DNA from: an uncultured Aliarcobacter sp. | GTDB taxonomy: Bacteria; Campylobacterota; Campylobacteria; Campylobacterales; Arcobacteraceae | DNA length: 64,000 bases | Direction: 5' to 3' | Assembly (NCBI GenBank): GCA_963664305.2 | Contig: CAXXLV010000001.1 | Coordinates: 384,001 to 448,000, forward strand | Shown: piece by piece, positions 19,683-30,015 of the stretch | Position numbering within the stretch: position 1 is the stretch's first letter | Layout: every line of letters begins with the position of its first letter | Translations under genes and position numbers: made by a program | Notes under the pieces: generated by a model | The model's input: the letters and a program-made list of their open reading frames with translations, nothing else | Database searches by the model: none | What the model was told of the DNA's origin: nothing

Positions 19683-21164
19683 ATGAATTTTATAGAAACA
19701 AGAGGAAACGATGGAATTAAACCTATCGAAGTTCCATTTAGCGAAGCGATATTAAATCCAAGTACTTCTTTTGGTGGATTATATGTACCAAAAGAACTAC
19801 CAAAACTAGAAGAAAACTTTTTACAAAATCACATAAATTCAACTTACAAAGAATTAGCTTATGATATTTTAAAAGCTTTCGAAATTGATATTGAAGAAAA
19901 TGAAATAAAAAAAGCTTTAGATTTATATGACAATTTTGATGATGCTTCAAATCCTTGTCCTGTTGTAAAAGTAAAAGATGATTTATTTGTTCATGAACAA
20001 TACCATGGACCAACACGTGCGTTTAAAGATATGGCATTACAACCTTTTGGTTCAATTTTAAGTTCAATTGCAAGAAAAAGAGATGAAAAATATTTAATTC
20101 TTGCTGCAACTTCAGGTGATACTGGACCAGCTGCTCTTAATACTTTTAAAAATAAAGAAAATATTCAAGTAGTTTGTTTATATCCAGATGGTGGAACTTC
20201 TGATGTTCAAAGATTACAAATGGTTTGCGAAGATGGAAAAAATTTAAAAGTTTTAGGAATTAAAGGAAATTTTGATGATGCACAAAATGCACTTAAAAAT
20301 CTTTTAGCATCAAAAACATTTAAAGAAGAATTAGAAAAAGATAATATTAAACTTAGTGCTGCAAATTCAGTAAACTTTGGAAGAATTATTTTTCAGATAA
20401 TTTATCATTTCTGGTCATATATCCAACTTTTAAAACAAAATGAAATCAAACTTGGAGAAAAAATATATTTAGTAGTTCCAAGTGGAAATTTTGGAAATGT
20501 TCTTGGAGCATTTTATGCACAAAATATGGGTGTACCAGTAGAAAAACTTTTAGTTGCTTCAAATGAAAACAACATCCTAACAGAATGGATAAATACAGGT
20601 GTTTACGATATTAGAGATAAAGAATTAAAACTTACTAAATCTCCTGCAATGGATATTTTAAAATCTTCTAATATTGAAAGAGTTATTTACTCTTTATTTG
20701 GTGCACAAAGAACAAAAGAATTAATGGAAGATTTAAATGAGAAAAAAATCTTCAAAATGAGTGAGAATGAAACAAAAGAATTAAAAAGATACTTTTCTGC
20801 CGTTTATTCTGATGATACTTTTGGTACAAGAACAATTAAAGAGTTTTTAGACTCAGGATACTTAATGGATCCACATACTGCAACTTGTATAAAAGCATAT
20901 AATGACTTAAAAGAAAAACCTTTAAAAACAGTTATTTATTCAACTGCTGAATGGACAAAATTCTCACCTACAGTGTTAAATGCGTTAAATCAAAATTCTA
21001 CAAAATATGCTGATAAAGAGGCTTTAGAAGAGATTTCAACAAAATATAATGCTAATTTACCACAAACTATCAAAGATTTATTTAGTGCAAAAATAAATCA
21101 TTCTTTAGTTATTAATAAAGAAGATATAGAAACTGAAATAGTAAATTTTATTAGAAAATCATAA
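19683..21164 (+). CDS. thrC: Threonine synthase
   Basis: HGPTRAFKD, ATSGDTG, ANSVNFGRI, VPSGNFGN. Confidence 0.97.
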   Translation: MNFIETRGNDGIKPIEVPFSEAILNPSTSFGGLYVPKELPKLEENFLQNHINSTYKELAYDILKAFEIDIEENEIKKALDLYDNFDDASNPCPVVKVKDDLFVHEQYHGPTRAFKDMALQPFGSILSSIARKRDEKYLILAATSGDTGPAALNTFKNKENIQVVCLYPDGGTSDVQRLQMVCEDGKNLKVLGIKGNFDDAQNALKNLLASKTFKEELEKDNIKLSAANSVNFGRIIFQIIYHFWSYIQLLKQNEIKLGEKIYLVVPSGNFGNVLGAFYAQNMGVPVEKLLVASNENNILTEWINTGVYDIRDKELKLTKSPAMDILKSSNIERVIYSLFGAQRTKELMEDLNEKKIFKMSENETKELKRYFSAVYSDDTFGTRTIKEFLDSGYLMDPHTATCIKAYNDLKEKPLKTVIYSTAEWTKFSPTVLNALNQNSTKYADKEALEEISTKYNANLPQTIKDLFSAKINHSLVINKEDIETEIVNFIRKS

Positions 21165-21177
21165 GATTTTCTAATAA
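21148..21177 (+). terminator. Hairpin with the thrC stop codon in its loop
   Basis: TTATTAGAAAATC-ataa-GATTTTCTAATAA, 13-bp perfect stem. Confidence 0.55.
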
Positions 21178-21246
21178 TAATCTAAAAAAACACTTATTTT
21201 GTAGTGTGTATTTTTTTCCCAAAAAACACTATAAAAACTAGCTTTC

Positions 21247-21288
21247 ATGACTTGAATCAATACATTTTAAGTAATTCCGTAATATAAT
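21247..21288 (+). promoter_or_regulatory. petABC promoter: -10 TATAAT with upstream CRP/FNR-like box
   Basis: ATGAC-ttga-ATCAA at 21247-21260 (2 mismatches to TTGAT-N4-ATCAA); TATAAT at 21283-21288. Confidence 0.5.
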
Positions 21289-21324
21289 ATCCAAATTCTA
21301 AAATTAAAAAAAAGGAAGCCAAAT

Positions 21325-21825
21325 ATGTCTAAAGAAACAAATAGACGAGATTTTATTGGTTACTCATTTGCTGCAGTTGCTGCAGTTGGTGGTGCCGCGT
21401 CGCTTGTTGGTATGAAGCAAGTTTGGGATCCACTTCCAAGCGTACTTGCTGGTGGATTTACAACTGTTGACCTTACTACACTAAAAGCTGGTGAGCCAGA
21501 AACATTTGTGTGGAGAGGAAAACCTGTTTTCGTACTTAAAAAAACTGCTGAAATGGAACAATCTCCAAGAGATTTACACATTGGTGAAGATAGATTTATT
21601 GTTGCAATTGGTCTTTGTACTCACTTAGGTTGTATTCCAGCATGGAAAAAAGATACGTGGAAATGTGCATGTCATGGGGGAGAGTATAACTCTAGTGCAA
21701 AACAAACTTTTGGACCACCACCAAGACCACTTGATTTACCACCATTCAGTGTAAAAGGATCTACTATCGTTTTAGGTGAAGAAGGTCCAGAATACAAAAC
21801 TATCGCTGAAACACTAAAAGCTTAA
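21325..21825 (+). CDS. petA: Ubiquinol-cytochrome c reductase Rieske Fe-S subunit
   Basis: Tat motif NRRDF; CTHLGC and CACHG. Confidence 0.98.
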   Translation: MSKETNRRDFIGYSFAAVAAVGGAASLVGMKQVWDPLPSVLAGGFTTVDLTTLKAGEPETFVWRGKPVFVLKKTAEMEQSPRDLHIGEDRFIVAIGLCTHLGCIPAWKKDTWKCACHGGEYNSSAKQTFGPPPRPLDLPPFSVKGSTIVLGEEGPEYKTIAETLKA

Positions 21826-21835
21826 GGAGTTATGA

Positions 21836-23086
21836 ATGGCAAAATTTGAAAAAGCTAACTCTGTTGGTGAATGGTTAGATCAAAGATTAAATCTAACAAC
21901 ATTCAACAAAGTTATGATGACTGAATATTGGATTCCAAAAGATATTAACTTCTTATGGGCAATGGGTGTATTATTAGCTACTACTTTTGGTATCTTAGTA
22001 ATCTCTGGTTTATTCTTAATGATGTATTACAAACCTGATGTTAATTTAGCATTTGATTCTGTTAACTATACAATTATGCAAGAAGTTGCATTTGGTTGGT
22101 TATTTAGACATATGCATGGTGTTGCAGCTTCTGTTGTTTTCTTAATCATTTATATTCACATGTTTACAGGTATCTACTATGGTTCTTATAAACAAGGTAG
22201 AGAAATGATTTGGATTTCAGGTATGTTATTATTTATGACATTCTCTGCTGCTGGATTCTCAGGATATATGTTACCATGGGGACAAATGTCTTACTGGGCT
22301 GCAATGGTTATTACTAACTTATTTGGTGGAGTTCCTGTTATTGGAGATGCACTTGTTGTTTGGATTAGAGGTGACTTTAACGTTGCTGATGCTACATTAA
22401 CAAGATTCTTTATGTTACACGTATTCTTATTACCTATTACAATCATGGGAATTATTGGTTTACACTTCTATACTTTAAGAATTCCTCACGTTAACAATCA
22501 ATCATCAGATGAATTTGATTTTGATGCTGAAGCTGAAAAATATTTATCAGGAAATAAAAAAGAATCAAAAGTTATTCCTTTCTGGCCAATCTTTATTTCT
22601 AAAGATTTAGCTGTTCTTGGTATTTTCTTAATTTTCTATTTCTACTTAGTATTCTTCCATTATAACTTTGCAATGGATCCAGTTAACTTTGACCCAGCAG
22701 ATAACATGGTTACACCTGCACACATTTATCCAGAGTGGTATTTCTTATGGTCATATGAAGTATTAAGAGGATTCTTCTTTGATATTGCTGGATTTAAAGC
22801 ATTTGATATTGGATTAGTTGCATTTGCATTCGCTAATGCTATTTTCTTAGTATTACCATGGTTAGATAGAGATCCAAAAATTTTACCAGCACACAAAAGA
22901 CCTGCGTTCTTTGTTTGGTTCTGGATTTTAATGGTAGATTTAATTGTATTAACTGTGTATGGTAAATTACCTCCAACAGGTACAAATGCATGGGTTGGAT
23001 TCTTTGCAGCAGTAGCATTTATATTATTATTTGTTGTATTACCAATCGTAACAAAAATTGATGCTAAGAAAAGGGGTTCACTATGA
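21836..23086 (+). CDS. petB: Cytochrome b of the bc1 complex
   Basis: GYMLPWGQMSYWA, PEWY, heme-ligand His residues. Confidence 0.98.
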   Translation: MAKFEKANSVGEWLDQRLNLTTFNKVMMTEYWIPKDINFLWAMGVLLATTFGILVISGLFLMMYYKPDVNLAFDSVNYTIMQEVAFGWLFRHMHGVAASVVFLIIYIHMFTGIYYGSYKQGREMIWISGMLLFMTFSAAGFSGYMLPWGQMSYWAAMVITNLFGGVPVIGDALVVWIRGDFNVADATLTRFFMLHVFLLPITIMGIIGLHFYTLRIPHVNNQSSDEFDFDAEAEKYLSGNKKESKVIPFWPIFISKDLAVLGIFLIFYFYLVFFHYNFAMDPVNFDPADNMVTPAHIYPEWYFLWSYEVLRGFFFDIAGFKAFDIGLVAFAFANAIFLVLPWLDRDPKILPAHKRPAFFVWFWILMVDLIVLTVYGKLPPTGTNAWVGFFAAVAFILLFVVLPIVTKIDAKKRGSL

Positions 23087-23967
23087 GAGAATTAAAAATT
23101 TTAGCAGTAGTAGTAGTTTTAACACTAGTTACTTACTGGGGAGTTGAGCCTTATGCTCACTCAGTTATGCATCCTCATGTTGCTCCAGCTGATTTTGCTT
23201 TCTCTGATACAAAAGAAGATGTTGCAGATGTAAAAGGTTTAGCTGGTGATGCAGCTAATGGAGAAGTTTTAGTTACTTCAAATTGTACTGCTTGTCACTC
23301 AATTGAATCTAAAGGTTTTCCAAAAGTTATGGATAATGCAAGTGCTGCATCTGCATATGGTGTAACACCTCCAGATTTAGGAAGTGCTGGAAAACTTTAT
23401 AATGCTGATTATTTAGCTTCATTTATTAAAGATCCTGCAAAAGCATCTAAAACTGCACACAAATATGTTGATGGAAAAGTTCATCCAATGCCTCAATTCA
23501 ACTGGATGCAACCTCAAGAAATTGCAGATATGGTCGCATATTTACAATCTATTGCTCCTAAAGAAATGACAAATAAAGAAGTATTCACTGATGCTTGTCA
23601 AAGATGTCACTCTATTAAATATGCTGATATGAAAGGTGGATCAATGGCTGCATTTACTCCACATGATGATATCAAACATTATATGGGTAAATTACCTCCA
23701 GATTTATCACAAATGATTAGATCAAGAGGTCATCATTATTTAGAAACATTTGTTAATGATCCACAAAAACTTTTAGAAGGTACTGCGATGCCAAGAGTTG
23801 GATTAACAGAAGAATCTCAAGCTCAAGTTGTTGCATACTTAGAAGAAGTTGGTGATTCTAAAAAAGCTCAAAGAGAAGAGTTAGGTCCTAAATTCTTAAT
23901 TTATTTAGTGATTTTTGCAATCTTTGCTTTCTTATGGAAATCAAGTAAATGGAGAGATGTTCACTAA
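23083..23967 (+). CDS. petC: Cytochrome c1 (diheme type)
   Basis: Two CxxCH motifs (CTACH, CQRCH), PPDL, GTAMP, C-terminal TM anchor. Confidence 0.95.
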   Translation: MRELKILAVVVVLTLVTYWGVEPYAHSVMHPHVAPADFAFSDTKEDVADVKGLAGDAANGEVLVTSNCTACHSIESKGFPKVMDNASAASAYGVTPPDLGSAGKLYNADYLASFIKDPAKASKTAHKYVDGKVHPMPQFNWMQPQEIADMVAYLQSIAPKEMTNKEVFTDACQRCHSIKYADMKGGSMAAFTPHDDIKHYMGKLPPDLSQMIRSRGHHYLETFVNDPQKLLEGTAMPRVGLTEESQAQVVAYLEEVGDSKKAQREELGPKFLIYLVIFAIFAFLWKSSKWRDVH

Positions 23968-23996
23968 GAACATCTCTTTTTAAAACAGGAGAACAA

Positions 23997-24392
23997 ATGA
24001 AATTATTAAAAATTTTAGTAGCATCAACTTTATTAGTAGCTACTGCAAATGCAAATGATGTAATGCAAAAATCTATGTCTAACATGGAAAAAGGTATGAC
24101 TCAAATTCAACAAGGTTTTTTAAACAACAACTTAAATGCAATTAAAGATGGTGTTAAACTTGTAAAAGAAGGTAATGCTTTATTTTCTGATGCAAAAGTT
24201 ATAGCTTCTTATTTACCAGACAATAAAAAACATATGGTAAATGTTGCTGAAAATGCTTCAAAAAGAATTGCTTTAGATATTAATGTATTAGAACTAAATT
24301 TAGATAACAAAGCTTATGTAAATGCTGCTAATGCATATTCTGACATGTTAAATGCATGTTCAAGCTGTCACTCAATCGTAAGAAATTGGTAA
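23997..24392 (+). CDS. Periplasmic class II (cytochrome c'-like) monoheme cytochrome
   Basis: SD AGGAGA then ATG at 23997; signal peptide MKLLKILVAS...ANA; helical body; C-terminal CSSCH. Confidence 0.8.
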   Translation: MKLLKILVASTLLVATANANDVMQKSMSNMEKGMTQIQQGFLNNNLNAIKDGVKLVKEGNALFSDAKVIASYLPDNKKHMVNVAENASKRIALDINVLELNLDNKAYVNAANAYSDMLNACSSCHSIVRNW

Positions 24393-24397
24393 TAGTA

Positions 24398-24429
24398 TTT
24401 ATAAAAGAGGAGTTTTTCTCTTTTATAAA
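24398..24429. terminator. Bidirectional terminator between the cytochrome and rsmE
   Basis: TTTATAAAAGAG...CTCTTTTATAAA inverted repeat between convergent genes. Confidence 0.7.
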
Positions 24430-25094
24430 ATAATTTTAGAACTTGCTGCAATTATTGCAGTTTCACTTCGTAGTATTAAATTAGATTCAAATCCAACAAC
24501 TAAATTTTCATTAAATTTTTCTCTCTCTTTTTGTGAAAAACCACCTTCACAACCAATAACTAAAGTTTTAATATTATCTTTCTTTTCATCAATAGAAGTT
24601 GTAGAAAAGTCTAAGAAATATGCATCAATATGATTTTTCATAAACTCTCCTAAATTTTTTGAAATATCTAATTTTATAATATCTGAACGTCCACATTGAG
24701 ATGATGAATTTACAAGAATTTTTTCTAATTTCTCAATATTAATTTTAAAATTCTTTTGAGAATAATCACTATATATAAAAGTTATCTTATCAACACCCAT
24801 TTCATTTAATGATGGAATATATTTTTCTATTGTTTTAGGATCAACAACACACCAACCAAGATGTAATTTTTTGTCATTTCCTAAAACTTTTTTTTCACTT
24901 GAAATAAGATTTAATATTGCTTTTTTCTTATCTATTAAACCTATTTTATATAAATAAATATTTTCATCTTTCAAATTTCTAAAATAAATTTCATCTGATA
25001 TTTTATGTCGTCTTGCTTTTATTAAATAATTATAAACTTCATCTTTTATTTCTAGGATTTCATTTCCACAAAATTCATCATATGTAAATTGCAT
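24423..25094 (-). CDS. rsmE: 16S rRNA m3U1498 methyltransferase
   Basis: EMGVDKI, SQCGRS, IGCEGGFS, ILRSETA. Confidence 0.92.
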   Translation of the reverse strand: MQFTYDEFCGNEILEIKDEVYNYLIKARRHKISDEIYFRNLKDENIYLYKIGLIDKKKAILNLISSEKKVLGNDKKLHLGWCVVDPKTIEKYIPSLNEMGVDKITFIYSDYSQKNFKINIEKLEKILVNSSSQCGRSDIIKLDISKNLGEFMKNHIDAYFLDFSTTSIDEKKDNIKTLVIGCEGGFSQKEREKFNENLVVGFESNLILRSETAIIAASSKIIL

Positions 25095-25498
25095 TAAAAT
25101 ACCTTACTTATAATATAAACTACAACTATTACTGATATTTCTATAGTATAAATCTTTTTTGCATATCTTAAAAATTCATTTTGCAGTTCTATTTGGTCAT
25201 GTTTAATAACTCTCATTTTTTTATATCTTTTTATTTCAATTACTAATAAAAAAATTGAAGCAGGAATCATTAAAGCAATCGTTGGACTAAATTCTTGTGC
25301 ATAAAAAGCAACAATTGTTCCAGTATAAATAACTATAGCATTTGTTAAATGATATAAAGGTGTCATAAATTTTAATCTTTTTGCTAATACTAAAAAGTCT
25401 TTTTCTTTTGTCACTGAATATAAATTAAATAACATTATTCCTAAGAAAAAATATATTGTATATACGTGTGTCTGAATTGCACTTTGCATTAATTCCAT
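25094..25498 (-). CDS. Hypothetical membrane protein (about 4 TM)
   Basis: Hydrophobic segments; stop overlaps the rsmE start. Confidence 0.8.
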   Translation of the reverse strand: MELMQSAIQTHVYTIYFFLGIMLFNLYSVTKEKDFLVLAKRLKFMTPLYHLTNAIVIYTGTIVAFYAQEFSPTIALMIPASIFLLVIEIKRYKKMRVIKHDQIELQNEFLRYAKKIYTIEISVIVVVYIISKVF

Positions 25499-25580
25499 AT
25501 CTGTTTATCTCACTTTTAAAAAATTTTGGTATTATATCTAACTTGTCATAAGTTTTTATTTTAACTAAAAAAGGGATAAT

Positions 25581-26804
25581 ATGGCTATTTCAGTTGATAC
25601 TGCATTAGAAATCATTACAAATATAAAAACAAATTTAAAATATGAAATTCTACCAATTGAAAATTGTCTAAATAGAATATGTGCTAAAGAAATAGTAGCT
25701 AATAGTTTTTTACCTAAATTTGATAACTCTGCAATGGATGGATATGCGATTATTTTTGAAGATAAAGATGAAGAACTAAAAGTAATAGATACAATTTTTG
25801 CAGGTGATAATAATACAAAACTTTTAGAAAAAAATAGTTGTATTAAAATAATGACTGGTGCTAGAATTCCTCAAAATGCAACAGCAATTATTCCCAAAGA
25901 AGATACAGAAGAACTAAATGACAATAAAATAAAAATTTTACAAAAAGTTAATAAATTTCAACATATCAGATATATTGGTGAAGATATAAAAAAAGATGAA
26001 ATTCTTATAGAAATGGGAGAAGAGATAAATTTCTCAAAAATCACTCTTCTAGCAAGTCAAGGAATTTCACATATAAAAGTTTTCAAAAAACCTAAAATCG
26101 TAGTTTTTGCAAGTGGTGAAGAGTTAAAGCTTCATTATGAAAAAATTGAAGATTATCAAATCTATAATTCAAATACACCTACATTTTTAGCAAGAGCAAA
26201 AGAATTAGGTTGCGATGTTACATTTATAGGACAATCAAAAGATAGTATAAGTGCAATTAAAGAACTTATTTTAAATTCTACAGATGCTGATTTAATTATA
26301 ACATCTGGCGGTGTTTCAGTAGGTGATGCTGATTTTACAAAAGATGCTTTTAAAGAATTCAATTTTGAAACAATTTTTGAAGGTATCCAAGTAAAACCTG
26401 GAAAACCAACTATGTTTGGTAAAATAGAAAATTCTTATATATTAAATCTTCCAGGAAATCCACTTGCATCAGCTTTAATATTTGAACTATTTGGAAGAAT
26501 TTTAATTCAAAAACTCATAGGTTCAAAAAATATTTTTCACAATTTTATTTATGGAAAAATGAAAGAAGATTTCAAAACAAAAAAAGGAAAGATTACAATT
26601 ATTCCAGGTGATTTTAATGGAGAATACTTTGATATTTCACAAAAAAGATCTCCAGGAATGGTATCAACACTTGGTTCTTGTAACTCTATGATTGTAATTA
26701 CTGACAAAGTTGAAAATATAAATAAAGATGATTTTATAAAAATACTACCAATTAACTGGAAATTTTTTAGCAATATTAATAAGGATTTTTTTACACATGA
26801 ATAA
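25581..26804 (+). CDS. moeA: Molybdopterin molybdotransferase
   Basis: [35 protein letters not shown]. Confidence 0.96.
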   Translation: MAISVDTALEIITNIKTNLKYEILPIENCLNRICAKEIVANSFLPKFDNSAMDGYAIIFEDKDEELKVIDTIFAGDNNTKLLEKNSCIKIMTGARIPQNATAIIPKEDTEELNDNKIKILQKVNKFQHIRYIGEDIKKDEILIEMGEEINFSKITLLASQGISHIKVFKKPKIVVFASGEELKLHYEKIEDYQIYNSNTPTFLARAKELGCDVTFIGQSKDSISAIKELILNSTDADLIITSGGVSVGDADFTKDAFKEFNFETIFEGIQVKPGKPTMFGKIENSYILNLPGNPLASALIFELFGRILIQKLIGSKNIFHNFIYGKMKEDFKTKKGKITIIPGDFNGEYFDISQKRSPGMVSTLGSCNSMIVITDKVENINKDDFIKILPINWKFFSNINKDFFTHE

Positions 26805-27477
26805 TTCAACAAAAAAAGCTATATGTATTTTAAGTGGAGGGATGGACTCGACTTTAGCATCATACATAGCAAAAAATGATGGATATGAAATTATTGCTGT
26901 TCATTTTAATTATGGACAAAGAACACAAGATAGAGAATTAAAAGCATTTAGAGATATTTGTGAAGATTTAAAGATTTTAGAAAAATATGAAATTGATATT
27001 CCTTTTTTCACACAAATTGGAGCAAGTGCACTAACAGATAAAAGTATTGATGTTCCAACAGGAGGTATTGAAGCTGGAGTTCCAATAACTTATGTACCAT
27101 TTAGAAATGGTATTTTTCTGTCTATTACTGCAGCAATTGCAGAAAAAGAAGGTGCAACAGCAATGTATATTGGAGTTGTTCAAGAGGATAGTTCTGGTTA
27201 TCCAGATTGTACAGATGAGTTTATAGATAAAATGAAAAAAGCTATAAATCAAGGAACAAAAGAATCAACTTGTATTGACATTATTACACCTTTAGTTCAT
27301 CTGACAAAAGCCCAAATTGTTCAAGAAGCAATAAAACTGAATGTTCCTCTTGAACATACATGGTCATGTTATAAAGAAGAAAATGAAGCTTGTGGAGTTT
27401 GTGATTCGTGTAGATTAAGACTTAATGGTTTTAAAATTGCAGGTGTTAAAGACCCTATTTCTTATAAGGCTTCATAA
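26797..27477 (+). CDS. queC: 7-cyano-7-deazaguanine synthase
   Basis: SGGMDS, YGQR, YVPFRN, YPDC, TWSCY...CGVCDSC. Confidence 0.97.
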   Translation: MNNSTKKAICILSGGMDSTLASYIAKNDGYEIIAVHFNYGQRTQDRELKAFRDICEDLKILEKYEIDIPFFTQIGASALTDKSIDVPTGGIEAGVPITYVPFRNGIFLSITAAIAEKEGATAMYIGVVQEDSSGYPDCTDEFIDKMKKAINQGTKESTCIDIITPLVHLTKAQIVQEAIKLNVPLEHTWSCYKEENEACGVCDSCRLRLNGFKIAGVKDPISYKAS

Positions 27478-28010
27478 TGCATTGGAAAATATCAAAAGAG
27501 TTTGAATTTTGTTATGGGCACAGAGTTTGGTCACAAACATTAAATACAGAATTTTCACTTGATGGTTGTTTAAAATGTAGACATTTACATGGACATCAAG
27601 GAAAAATATTAGTTTATCTTGAAGCAAATGAGTTAAAAGATGGAATGGTAACAGACTTTAAACATCTAAATTGGTTTAAACAATTCATTGATGATGTACT
27701 TGACCATAAATTTATTTTAGATATTAATGATCCACTTTTTAATACCCTACTTCCTCATATTAGTAAAGACGAACTAATCAAATTTGAAGAGAACTATTAT
27801 TTAGTAGACTTAACAAAATTCAAAGATGATGAAATTCATATAAAAGAGTTATACGAAGGTTATGTTTTAGTAGATTTTGTTCCAACAAGTGAAAATTTAT
27901 CAGCTTGGTTTTTAAAAATTGTTCAAAAAAAGATGGATAAACTAAATATAAAAGTTTCACATGTTGAATTTTTAGAAACTCCAAAAAGTAAAAGTACTTT
28001 TTATGCTTGA
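27477..28010 (+). CDS. queD: 6-carboxytetrahydropterin synthase (long form)
   Basis: GHRV, CRHLHGH, DFK, LDHKF, PTSENL, ETPKS; lies between queC and queE. Confidence 0.92.
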   Translation: MHWKISKEFEFCYGHRVWSQTLNTEFSLDGCLKCRHLHGHQGKILVYLEANELKDGMVTDFKHLNWFKQFIDDVLDHKFILDINDPLFNTLLPHISKDELIKFEENYYLVDLTKFKDDEIHIKELYEGYVLVDFVPTSENLSAWFLKIVQKKMDKLNIKVSHVEFLETPKSKSTFYA

Positions 28011-28767
28011 AATAAATGAAATATTTGGTCCTACAATCCAAGGTGAAGGAAAGCTTGTAGGAACTCCTTCAATTTTTATTAGATTTGGAAAATGCAATTT
28101 TAAATGTGAAGGTTTTCAAGTTGAATATGAAACACCCAGTGGAATTAAAAAATGTGCTTGTGATTCATATTTTGCTGTTGATACTGAATTCAAAGATACA
28201 TGGACAAAATATAAATCTTATGATGAAATAGTAAAAGAAGTAGATGATTTATTATCAAGCTATCCAAATAATTATAAGATTGATATAGTAATAACTGGTG
28301 GTGAACCTTTATTGTATTGGAATAAAATTGAATTTCAAAAACTATTAGAACATTATATCAATGATGGACATAAGGTAACTATTGAAACTAATGCTTCTTT
28401 AAATCTAAATTTTGAATTTGATTATCAAAAAAATATTTTATTTTCAATGAGTGTAAAACTAAGCAATTCTTTGGAACCATTAAAAAAGAGAATAAATAAA
28501 GAAACCCTAACAAAAATTTTGACAAATACAAAAGAGTCTTATTTAAAATTTGTAATTGGAAAAGATTTTTTAGAAAATGCAAATGAAGAAATAAATGAAA
28601 TTTTAAAAGATATCCCAAAATGTGAAGTTTATCTTATGCCTCTTGGAGATACAGCAGATGAAATCAATAAAAATTGTGAAGATGTGATTAATATGGCAAT
28701 AAAAAATGGTTTTAAATATTGTGATAGATTACATATAAGAGTGTGGAACAACAAAAGAGGCGTTTAA
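28003..28767 (+). CDS. queE: 7-carboxy-7-deazaguanine synthase (radical SAM)
   Basis: EIFGPTIQGEG, FIRFGKCNFKC...CDS, ITGGEP, IETN, RLH. Confidence 0.93.
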   Translation: MLEINEIFGPTIQGEGKLVGTPSIFIRFGKCNFKCEGFQVEYETPSGIKKCACDSYFAVDTEFKDTWTKYKSYDEIVKEVDDLLSSYPNNYKIDIVITGGEPLLYWNKIEFQKLLEHYINDGHKVTIETNASLNLNFEFDYQKNILFSMSVKLSNSLEPLKKRINKETLTKILTNTKESYLKFVIGKDFLENANEEINEILKDIPKCEVYLMPLGDTADEINKNCEDVINMAIKNGFKYCDRLHIRVWNNKRGV

Positions 28768-28838
28768 ATATAGTCAAATACATTATTTATAAAAGTGTTG
28801 CTATAATATACAATTAATGTAAATTAAAAAGGAAAAAA

Positions 28839-29582
28839 ATGAAATTTTCAGGTTCTAATGTATTAGTTACAGGTGCAAGTAGAGGAATTGGTGCAGAAAT
28901 TGCAAAAACACTTGCAAATTTTGGACTAAAAGTTTGGATAAATTATAGAAGTGGAGCTGAAGCAGCTGAAGCTATCAAAGAAGAAATTGAAAAGGCTGGA
29001 GGAATTGCTGCTATCATCAAAGCTGATGTAACAAATGAAGAAGAATTTTCAAATGCAATTAAAACAATAGTAGATGCTGATGGAGAATTATCTTATTTAG
29101 TTAATAATGCAGGTATTACAAAAGATAAATTAGCATTAAGAATGAGTGTTGCTGATTTTAATGATGTTATTAATGCAAATTTAACTTCTGCATTTATTGG
29201 ATGTAGAGAATCTTTAAAAGTTATGGGTAAAAAAAGATTTGGTTCAGTTGTTAATATTTCTTCAATTGTTGGAGAAATGGGAAATCCTGGTCAAACTAAT
29301 TATTCAGCTTCAAAAGGTGGATTAAATGCGATGACTAAATCTTTTGCAAAAGAGGCAGCATCAAGAGGTATCAGATATAATGCTGTTACTCCAGGATTTA
29401 TCCAAACTGATATGACTCATGAATTAAAAGAAGAAGTTAAAGCAGAATATGAAAAGAATATTCCTCTTTCAAGATTTGGAAAGCCTAGTGAAATCGCTGA
29501 TGCAGTGGCATTTTTATTAAGTGATCATGCATCATATATTACTGGTGAAATATTAAAAGTTAACGGTGGACTATACGTTTAA
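28839..29582 (+). CDS. fabG: 3-oxoacyl-ACP reductase
   Basis: TGASRGIG, NNAGIT, YSASK. Confidence 0.97.
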   Translation: MKFSGSNVLVTGASRGIGAEIAKTLANFGLKVWINYRSGAEAAEAIKEEIEKAGGIAAIIKADVTNEEEFSNAIKTIVDADGELSYLVNNAGITKDKLALRMSVADFNDVINANLTSAFIGCRESLKVMGKKRFGSVVNISSIVGEMGNPGQTNYSASKGGLNAMTKSFAKEAASRGIRYNAVTPGFIQTDMTHELKEEVKAEYEKNIPLSRFGKPSEIADAVAFLLSDHASYITGEILKVNGGLYV

Positions 29583-29675
29583 TATAGTCTTAAAAAGTTT
29601 AAATATATAATTTAAAAGAGTTTTTAAAAACTTTTTTGGTATAATACAAAGATAATTTTATAAAAGGAAATAAAT

Positions 29676-29906
29676 ATGGCATTATTAGATGATGTAAAAG
29701 CAGTAGTTGTTGAGCAATTAGATTGTGATCCAGCAGAAGTAAAAGAAGATTCAAAATTCATTGAAGATTTAGGTGCTGATTCACTAGATGTAGTTGAACT
29801 TGTAATGGCTTTAGAAGAGAAATTTGACATTGAAATCCCTGATGAAGATGCTGAAAAAATCTTAACTGTTGCTGATGCTATAAAATACATCGAAAATAAC
29901 GCGTAA
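29676..29906 (+). CDS. acpP: Acyl carrier protein
   Basis: [18 protein letters not shown]. Confidence 0.99.
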   Translation: MALLDDVKAVVVEQLDCDPAEVKEDSKFIEDLGADSLDVVELVMALEEKFDIEIPDEDAEKILTVADAIKYIENNA

Positions 29907-29916
29907 TTTATACGCT

Positions 29917-29945
29917 GTAAATAGAAGAGAAAATCTTCTATTTAT
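29917..29945 (+). terminator. Hairpin after acpP
   Basis: TAAATAGAAGA-gaaaa-TCTTCTATTTA. Confidence 0.65.
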
Positions 29946-30015
29946 ATATTTAAACTATTGAGTTTTTTGTAAAAAAAATTGAATAATTCAAATAATTAAC
30001 ATGGAGCATATTTAA

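Noticed and set aside
23083..23967. Diheme cytochrome c1
   Set aside because: Known feature of Campylobacterota bc1 complexes.
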